The position numbers were made by a program, and so were the translations under genes. Source: PVC group bacterium (GTDB lineage: Bacteria > Auribacterota > Erginobacteria > Erginobacterales > Erginobacteraceae). Taken from it: 21,854 bases of DNA. A model generated the notes under the pieces. The model had not been told where the DNA came from. It did no database searches and was given only the letters and a program-made list of their open reading frames with translations. The stretch is taken from assembly GCA_043804695.1 (NCBI GenBank), contig JAZDIV010000120.1:1-21854 (forward strand). Direction: 5' to 3'. Shown here one piece after another: positions 15,989 through 21,854 of the stretch (the stretch's first letter is position 1; each line of letters opens with the position of its first letter).

Positions 15989-16549
15989 ATGAAATCTGAG
16001 AAGAACATCGTTCTGTTCGGCTTCATGGGAACCGGAAAGTCCGCCGCCGCCCGCCTCCTGGGAGAACGGCTGAACCGCCCGGTGGTGGAGATGGACGCGG
16101 TCATTGAGGAACGGGAAGGGATGGCCATCAGCCGGATCTTCGCCGAGCGGGGCGAGCCATACTTCCGCCGCCGTGAGCGGGAACTGGTGAAAGAGCTTTC
16201 CCGGGAGAAAGGGAAGATTGTCGCCGCCGGTGGTGGGGTGGTCCTGGACGGCGATAATATCCGGGATTTCCGACAAAACGGTCTCCTGATCTGCCTGACG
16301 GCCCGGCCGCCGGTGATCCTGAAGCGGGTTGCCGGGGAGAGGCACCGGCCGCTTCTGGAAAAGGGTGATCGGCTGGTAACCATCGAAAAGATGCTGGAAG
16401 AACGGCGCCCGGATTACGACCGGATACCGTGCCGGATCGATACCTCCGATTTGACCGTTGACCAGGTGGCGGAGAAAATACTGCTGGAGGTGAGGGGAAA
16501 GAGCCGGCTCTCTTCCGGCGGTGCCGGAGCCAGCCCGGCGACCGGGTAG
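15989..16549 (+). CDS. aroK: Shikimate kinase
   Basis: NIVLFGFMGTGKS, IFAERGEPYFRRRE, AAGGGVV, RPLL; follows aroC. Confidence 0.96.
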   Translation: MKSEKNIVLFGFMGTGKSAAARLLGERLNRPVVEMDAVIEEREGMAISRIFAERGEPYFRRRERELVKELSREKGKIVAAGGGVVLDGDNIRDFRQNGLLICLTARPPVILKRVAGERHRPLLEKGDRLVTIEKMLEERRPDYDRIPCRIDTSDLTVDQVAEKILLEVRGKSRLSSGGAGASPATG

Positions 16550-16585
16550 AATCCTCCCGGTGATCGGGAAGCGCCCGGGAAAATC

Positions 16586-16630
16586 GATCCGGCCGATCGG
16601 TCTGATCCGTCCTATCCGTCCGATCAGCCC
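16586..16630. repeat. Nonamer tandem repeat (GATCCGTCC-like x5)
   Basis: GATCCGGCC GATCGGTCT GATCCGTCC TATCCGTCC GATCAGCCC between convergent aroK and the permease. Confidence 0.8.
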
Positions 16631-16640
16631 GCTCACATCT

Positions 16641-18002
16641 TTAAACCCCCCCGAAGTACGGGAGCAGGTAGCGGAGCAGGAAGAGTCCCCCCACCAGGTA
16701 CGTCACCCAGCTAACCTCGCGCTGCCGCCCGCTGAAGAGCTTGATCAGCGGGTAGGAGATAAAGCTCCAGGCGATTCCGTCGGCGATGCTGTAGGAGAGC
16801 GGGATCCCGATGATGACCAGGAAGGCGGGAAAGCACTCCGTGAAATCGGACCAGTCGATCTTGACGACGTTGCGGATCATCAGAGCGCCCACCACCACCA
16901 GGGCGGGAGCGGTGATCGGGGGGTAGTTGGCCACCATCGCCACCAGGGGACTGAAGAAGAGGGCGAACAGGAAACACCCCGCGGTGACCACGCTGGCGAA
17001 GCCGGTTCTCCCCCCGTGCGCCACTCCGGTGGCGCTCTCGATGAACGAGGTGACCGTGCTGGTCCCCATCATCGCTCCGACCACCGTCCCGACGGCGTCG
17101 GAGAGCAGCGCCCTCCCCGCCCGGGGCAGCCGGTTGTCCCTGATGAAACCGGCCTGTTCCGCGACCCCGATCAGGGTCCCCAGGGTGTCGAAGACGTCCA
17201 TGAAAAGGAAGATGATGATGTACGGCCAGAGCTTGAACGCCAGGGCGTGGAGGATATCCATTTTCAGGAGGGTGGGGGCGAGGGACGGGGGAGGGGAGAG
17301 GATGCCCGAGTACGTCACTTTACCCAGCACCAGGGATGCCAGGAGCCCGGCCCCGATCCCGATCAGAATCGCCCCCCGCACCTTCCGGGTGTAGAGAACC
17401 GCCATGGTCAGAAGCCCGATGCCGAACACCAGGACGTCCGGGTTCACGATGTTCCTGGTGAGCATGACCAGGGTTCCCGGACTGGCCACCACGATCCGGG
17501 CGTTCTGCAGGCCGATAAAAGCAATGAAGACGCCGATCCCGACCGCGATCCCGTTCTTCAGGCTGGGGCTGACCGAGTCAATGAGGACCTGGCGGACTTT
17601 CAGGAGCGAGAGGATGAGAAAGAGGACCCCGGAGATGAAGACAACCCCCAGGGCCACCTCCCAGGGGGCGACCTCCTTCCATCCCCGCGCCGCGATCAGA
17701 GCCGCCGCGGCCGGGATGACCGAGAAAACAAAGAAAAAGTTCTCTCCCATCCCCGGCGCCTGGGCGATCGGGTAGTTGGCATAGACGCCCATGATCAGGG
17801 TGGCCAGGGCCCCTGCCAGGCAGGTGGCCGTCATGATCGCCCCGAAGTCCATCCCGGTGCCCATCCCGAACATCTTCCCGGACAGCACCGCGGGCTGCAC
17901 GAAGATGATGTAGGCCAGGGTCAAAAATGTCGTCGCCCCGGCGCCGGTCTCGATCCGGAGATTGGTCCCGTTCTCCCGAAAATGAAAGTAGCGTGCCAGC
18001 AT
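16641..18002 (-). CDS. NCS2 family (AzgA/PbuG-type) purine permease
   Basis: AGATTFLTLAYIIFVQP, APGMGENFFF, FDTLGTLIGV, GTSTVTSFIESATGV, GGRTG, PLSYSIADG; many hydrophobic segments. ATG 18002 follows GGGGTGAG. Confidence 0.93.
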   Translation of the reverse strand: MLARYFHFRENGTNLRIETGAGATTFLTLAYIIFVQPAVLSGKMFGMGTGMDFGAIMTATCLAGALATLIMGVYANYPIAQAPGMGENFFFVFSVIPAAAALIAARGWKEVAPWEVALGVVFISGVLFLILSLLKVRQVLIDSVSPSLKNGIAVGIGVFIAFIGLQNARIVVASPGTLVMLTRNIVNPDVLVFGIGLLTMAVLYTRKVRGAILIGIGAGLLASLVLGKVTYSGILSPPPSLAPTLLKMDILHALAFKLWPYIIIFLFMDVFDTLGTLIGVAEQAGFIRDNRLPRAGRALLSDAVGTVVGAMMGTSTVTSFIESATGVAHGGRTGFASVVTAGCFLFALFFSPLVAMVANYPPITAPALVVVGALMIRNVVKIDWSDFTECFPAFLVIIGIPLSYSIADGIAWSFISYPLIKLFSGRQREVSWVTYLVGGLFLLRYLLPYFGGV

Positions 18003-18058
18003 AGGCTCACCCCACTGGGAAGTATTAGCCGTAACGTCGTAATGGCGCGGGCCCGGGA

Positions 18059-18087
18059 TATATATCATGAGACGACGGCCGGCGCAA
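18059..18087 (-). promoter_or_regulatory. Putative permease promoter
   Basis: Minus strand TTGCGC-17 bp-TATATA with TG-n before the -10. Confidence 0.4.
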
Positions 18088-18146
18088 GCCCAAGACCCTG
18101 CTTCGAAATTTTAATAATTTTCAAAATGCTAAACAATATCGCGCTC

Positions 18147-18175
18147 CTACTCCGATGGTGGCGAGTAGTTTTTTT
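18147..18175 (+). terminator. Possible intrinsic terminator
   Basis: CTACTC-10 nt-GAGTAG followed by T7; weak stem and no + strand gene directly upstream. Confidence 0.35.
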
Positions 18176-18216
18176 ACTTTAGGCACTTTAAACTTTAGGC
18201 ACTTTAGGCACTTCAG
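18176..18216. repeat. Nonamer tandem repeat (ACTTTAGGC)
   Basis: ACTTTAGGC ACTTTAA ACTTTAGGC ACTTTAGGC ACTTCAG. Confidence 0.85.
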
Positions 18217-18262
18217 AACGGTGCCTGAACGAAGTGAGGGCTACGTTCTGTTATACTTTCCA

Positions 18263-18291
18263 TTGACCGGGCGCCCGGCCCCTGCTATATA
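18263..18291 (+). promoter_or_regulatory. Putative promoter of the NUDIX-MazG gene
   Basis: TTGACC-17 bp-TATATA with TG-c before the -10; ATG 7 nt downstream. Confidence 0.5.
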
Positions 18292-18298
18292 TCCAGGC

Positions 18299-19150
18299 AT
18301 GAATTCCGGCGGAAACAATCCGGGCCTCCGGGCTCAGATTATTCTGGTGACTTGCGGGGTGATCTGGCGGGGAAGGGAGCTGCTGATCGCCCGGCGCCAG
18401 CCGGACTCAATTCTGGAACCGTTGAAATGGGAGTTCCCGGGGGGGAAGATTGAATTCTCGGAGGATCCTCCCGCGGCCCTGAAGCGGGAGATCCGGGAGG
18501 AGCTGAACTTTGAGATCGAGGTGGGCGATATCTTCTGTGTGAGTTCCCACAACTATCAGCAGTCTCCGGACCAGGTCAAACACGTCCTGATGCTGGCCTA
18601 CAGCTGCGCTTACGTGAAGGGCGAGCCGGAGGCCCGGGAGGTGCACGACTTCCGCTGGGTCGGGGTGGAGGACCTCGACCGGTATGATTTCGCCGCCGCC
18701 GATCATCCGGTCATCAAACGGCTGCGGAGCGCCTACGCCCGTCCCAATCGATCGGAAACCGGTCCGGCCGCCCCGGCCGAAGAGATCCTTTCCGACCGCG
18801 ATTGCCCGGTCTCCTCCCTGAAGCGGGACGTCAACCGGTTTGTCTCGGAACGGGACTGGGAGCAGTTTCACTCTCCCAAGAATCTCAGCATGTCGATCGC
18901 CATCGAGGCCGCCGAGCTGATGGAGCACTTCCAGTGGCTCACCGTCTCCGAGGCCCGTTTTCTGACCCGGAGCCCGGAAAAGTACGAGGAGATCATCCAG
19001 GAGGTCGCCGATATCGCCATTTATCTTCTCAGCCTCTGCCACACGCTTAATATCGATCTCAGCGCGTCGATCAGCAAAAAACTGAAACTCAATCGGGAAA
19101 AATATCCTCTGGAGGAATACTGGGGGAAGCACACCCCGGGAAGCGACTGA
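18299..19150 (+). CDS. MutT-like NUDIX hydrolase fused to a MazG-like (dCTP pyrophosphatase-type) domain
   Basis: Nudix box WEFPGGKIEFSEDPPAALKREIREELN; C-terminal FVSERDWEQFHSPKNLSMSIAIEAAELMEHFQW...EVADIAIY...NREKYP. The upstream extension to 18155 is repeat-derived. Confidence 0.88.
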   Translation: MNSGGNNPGLRAQIILVTCGVIWRGRELLIARRQPDSILEPLKWEFPGGKIEFSEDPPAALKREIREELNFEIEVGDIFCVSSHNYQQSPDQVKHVLMLAYSCAYVKGEPEAREVHDFRWVGVEDLDRYDFAAADHPVIKRLRSAYARPNRSETGPAAPAEEILSDRDCPVSSLKRDVNRFVSERDWEQFHSPKNLSMSIAIEAAELMEHFQWLTVSEARFLTRSPEKYEEIIQEVADIAIYLLSLCHTLNIDLSASISKKLKLNREKYPLEEYWGKHTPGSD

Positions 19151-19170
19151 CATGCAGTGCTGAATTCATA

Positions 19171-19443
19171 ATGATTAAATGCCTGCACATTTTTATCTCC
19201 GGGAGGGTTCAGGGGGTATGTTTCCGGTACGCCTCCTGTCATCGGGCGGAGGCGCTCGGGTTGGCCGGCTATGCGAGGAACCTCTCCGACGGACGGGTGG
19301 AGATAGCCGCCGAGGGCGGGGAGAATGAGTTAAGGGACCTCCTGTCCTGGGCCCGGCAGGGGCCTCCCGGTGCTCAGGTCACCGGGGTGGAGACACGATG
19401 GGAGCCGGGAAAAAAGTCCTTTTCATCCTTCTCGATCAGGTGA
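19171..19443 (+). CDS. acyP: Acylphosphatase
   Basis: ISGRVQGVCFR, GYARNLSDGRVE, GPPGAQV; 90 aa. Confidence 0.94.
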   Translation: MIKCLHIFISGRVQGVCFRYASCHRAEALGLAGYARNLSDGRVEIAAEGGENELRDLLSWARQGPPGAQVTGVETRWEPGKKSFSSFSIR

Positions 19444-19453
19444 TAGCATTACC

Positions 19454-19471
19454 GAATGACGAAATCCGAAT
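19454..19471. repeat. Solo copy of the cassette left arm
   Basis: GAATGACGAAATCCGAAT, identical to 13216-13233. Confidence 0.85.
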
Positions 19472-19500
19472 TTTGAATCATCACCAAGGGTCATTTAACT

Positions 19501-20925
19501 ATGTCCGCGAAAAGTTTTAAACTGGGATCCGACGGCAAGGCCCTGACCTCCCGCCTGGTCAATCCGCAGAAGCGCCAGCTCTGGAAGGAGATCATCGCCT
19601 GTCCGCAATACCAGACCAACTTTCTCCGCCTGGGGCACTGGTTGACCCGGGACGGGCAGTTCGAGGAAGCGGTCATTTTTTACCGTTACGCCGTCCGCAA
19701 GCATCCTCACTCCTACCGGTTATTACTGAAACTGGCTCTGGCCTATGAGAATGCCGGGGAGGAGGTGGCGGCCATCCGGACGTACCGGCGGCTGATCCGC
19801 CGGTTCCCCGACCGCTTCCAGGCCTACATCCGCCTGGAAAAGATATACCGGCGATCACTGAACTATGAAGAAGCCATCGCCCTCTATCTGTCCATCCCGG
19901 CGGCCAACCCGGTCAAGGAGCTCAGCTTCCGGCGCCTCTTTCATATTTACGCGGTGGAAGGAGATCTCGACCGCGCGGTAAAGATTCTTCAGGAAGCCAT
20001 TAAAAACTACGGGGAATCGTATGATCGGTGTCTGGAACTGGGGAAACTCGATCTCCGGCGGAGCAACTTTCTGGGGGCGGTCCAGAGTTTTGAGAGCGCG
20101 GTCGCCTTCCGTCCCCGCTCCATAGAGACCCGGACCTGGCTGGGGATCGCCCTGAAAGAACTCGGCAATCTCCGGCTGGCCGAATACGAGTTCAATGAGA
20201 TACTGAAGATCAAGCCCGACTCTTACCAGGGGTTGATCCACCTGGCGGAGCTGAATATCCAGGAGAAAAAGTTCGATGAGGCCCTCAGCTGCCTGGAGGC
20301 CATCGAGAGGAAAACGCCCGGCAATGCCCGGGTAACGATCTGCCGGGGGTGGATCGCCCTCAAACAGGGGGCACCGGAGAAGGCGGTAGAACACTGTCTC
20401 AGCGGGCTGAAAGAGTCCAGCTTTTATTTCGTCTGGGAACAGGTCCTGGCCTACCGGATCATGTCCCGCGCCCGGCAGGAGCTTAATGACCACCCCGGCG
20501 CCGATCTCCATCGGCTGCTGGCGACCGCGATGTCGGGGAAGGATACCTATGAGTCCCTGATCCGGCTGGCCGAACAGCTTCTAAAAAAGAAGGAGCTGGC
20601 AGCGGCCACCGAGGTTTTTCTCCGGGTGATGGAGCTTTTTACCCGCAACACCCGGGCGCAGGTCGGGCTGGGGGAGATTTATCTCAAGCAGGGTGAGACC
20701 GATAACGCCATCCTGATCTGCCGGAGGGCGCTGGAGAATATACGGCCGATCTACATCCGGGAGCGGATCCGGGCCCACACGGTGATCAGCCTCTCCTACA
20801 AGTCCCAGAAAAAAATCGCCAACCATAAAAAGGAAGACAAAATCATCCACGGACTCCTTCGGCAAATGTACCTCAAGCCTTCCGAGAAGTCGCAGATCAA
20901 GAAGGAAATCTCCGTCGGGAAGTAG
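19501..20925 (+). CDS. Tetratricopeptide repeat protein
   Basis: Recurring ~34-aa helical units (LALAYENAGEEVAAIRTYRRLI, WLGIALKELGNLRLAEYEFNEIL, GLGEIYLKQGETDNAILICRRAL). Confidence 0.85.
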   Translation: MSAKSFKLGSDGKALTSRLVNPQKRQLWKEIIACPQYQTNFLRLGHWLTRDGQFEEAVIFYRYAVRKHPHSYRLLLKLALAYENAGEEVAAIRTYRRLIRRFPDRFQAYIRLEKIYRRSLNYEEAIALYLSIPAANPVKELSFRRLFHIYAVEGDLDRAVKILQEAIKNYGESYDRCLELGKLDLRRSNFLGAVQSFESAVAFRPRSIETRTWLGIALKELGNLRLAEYEFNEILKIKPDSYQGLIHLAELNIQEKKFDEALSCLEAIERKTPGNARVTICRGWIALKQGAPEKAVEHCLSGLKESSFYFVWEQVLAYRIMSRARQELNDHPGADLHRLLATAMSGKDTYESLIRLAEQLLKKKELAAATEVFLRVMELFTRNTRAQVGLGEIYLKQGETDNAILICRRALENIRPIYIRERIRAHTVISLSYKSQKKIANHKKEDKIIHGLLRQMYLKPSEKSQIKKEISVGK

Positions 20926-20967
20926 CCCTTTTGCGCCCTCGATTAAAACTTTGGGGGGGAGTAAAAA

Positions 20968-21854
20968 GTGAAGGTTGCCCTGCTCCTTATTTATTGCGTA
21001 CTGCCTGCTCTCCCAGCCCCGGCTGCCGGAGCCGAATCTCCGCCTCCCCCCGCAGCCGCGGAAACGGCTGCCGGGGAAGGAAACGAGGCCTTGCCCCGGC
21101 CCCGCCTGCTCTGGCAGTTCAAGTCAAAAGGGCCGTACGACGCGGAGCCGGCGGTGTCCGGGGGCCTCGTGGTGGCCGGAGATCGGGCGGGAATCTTGAC
21201 CTGTCTGGAAGCGGACAGCGGGCGCCGGATATGGTCCAGAAGGTTTTCCGGTTACTTTTCGGCTCCGCCGGTTATCGAGGAGGAGAAGGTATACATCTCG
21301 GTCTCCCGGCGTGAAGTGACCGTCTCCCGGGAACCGGGCGGCGGCATCTTCGGATCCCCTCCCCGGGTCACCCGGACGGTGGAGGAGGACGGGGAGATCC
21401 GGTGTCTGGATCTGCAAAACGGGCGGAGGCGGTGGAAGCGCCCCCTGCCGGCGCCGATTCATTCGTCACCCGTTCCGGCCGGGGATCGGCTGGTCGCCGG
21501 CTGCCTGGATTACAAAATCTACTGCCTGGACAGGGCCACCGGAAGTATTGTCTGGGAGTTCAAGGCCGGCGCCCTGATCGACGCGTCGCCGATCGTCTGC
21601 GGCGGCCGGGTGGTGGCCGGTTCCCGGGACGGCTCTCTCTTTTGTCTTGACCTGGGAGGGGGAAGCCAGTTCTGGAGAGTTGATCTCGGGAGCGGCGTTT
21701 CCGTGGCGCCGGTCTGCCGGGACGGCCGGATCTACGCGGGGGCCGACAATGAAAATCTTTACTGCCTTGTCAATTATCCGGAGGAGGCCGGGGGTGGCAA
21801 ATCCGACAGCGTTATTATTCTGGTTGCGGCGTCTCAGGACGCCAAGCCCGTTTC
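20968..21854 (+). CDS. PQQ-like beta-propeller repeat protein (BamB-like repeats), runs off the window end
   Basis: Absent from the ORF track because it has no stop. GTG after GGGGA; MKVALLLIYCVLPALPAPAAGA signal-like N-terminus; repeats LWQF, CLEADSGRRIW, CLDLQNGRRRW, IHSSP, CLDRATGSIVWEF, IDASP. Confidence 0.85.
   Translation, partial: MKVALLLIYCVLPALPAPAAGAESPPPPAAAETAAGEGNEALPRPRLLWQFKSKGPYDAEPAVSGGLVVAGDRAGILTCLEADSGRRIWSRRFSGYFSAPPVIEEEKVYISVSRREVTVSREPGGGIFGSPPRVTRTVEEDGEIRCLDLQNGRRRWKRPLPAPIHSSPVPAGDRLVAGCLDYKIYCLDRATGSIVWEFKAGALIDASPIVCGGRVVAGSRDGSLFCLDLGGGSQFWRVDLGSGVSVAPVCRDGRIYAGADNENLYCLVNYPEEAGGGKSDSVIILVAASQDAKPV

Noticed and set aside
57..16636. Long antisense or alternate-frame ORFs (e.g. 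57-1469, 3825-4994, 5261-6775, 7547-8695, 9651-11741, 14728-15828)
   Set aside because: They shadow well-supported genes, as expected from GC-rich codon bias, and have no recognisable motifs.
18003..18146. Purine riboswitch upstream of the permease
   Set aside because: Conserved purine-riboswitch strings were not seen on the minus strand, and the predicted leader is only about 50 nt. An Rfam scan would be decisive.
16521..18182. 553-aa plus-strand ORF
   Set aside because: Antisense shadow of the NCS2 permease; its N-terminus is read through the nonamer repeat.
18155..18298. N-terminal extension of the NUDIX protein (FRHFRHFR)
   Set aside because: It is a translation of the ACTTTAGGC repeat and promoter region; ATG 18299 fits better.

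Overview
GC-rich bacterial chromosomal window, starting almost exactly at the left end of a complete IS1380-family insertion sequence (3-1664). A housekeeping run follows on the + strand: thiL-tsaE-tsaB-alr, ilvD-ilvB-ilvN-(orphan response regulator)-leuA, and aroE-(four-helix-bundle pseudogene)-pilD-aroC-aroK. Next come a minus-strand NCS2/AzgA purine permease, a NUDIX-MazG-like fusion, acyP, a TPR protein and a truncated PQQ beta-propeller protein. The unusual content is mostly intergenic. (1) A four-helix-bundle (23S-IVP/Avd-like) gene is enclosed by inverted arms made of short tandem repeats. Solo or empty arms of this and several other 6-9-mer families occupy most gene junctions, some carry nested mini-palindrome insertions, and some have rewritten the C-termini of aroE and aroC. 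(2) Seven perfect AT-rich hairpins of differing sequence sit at gene boundaries, six over or next to translation starts. (3) A duplicated hairpin plus 9-codon mini-ORF module flanks ilvN. (4) Three REP-like units show compensatory stems. (5) alr lacks its PLP-binding lysine. All calls are from reading the sequence; no database searches were run.
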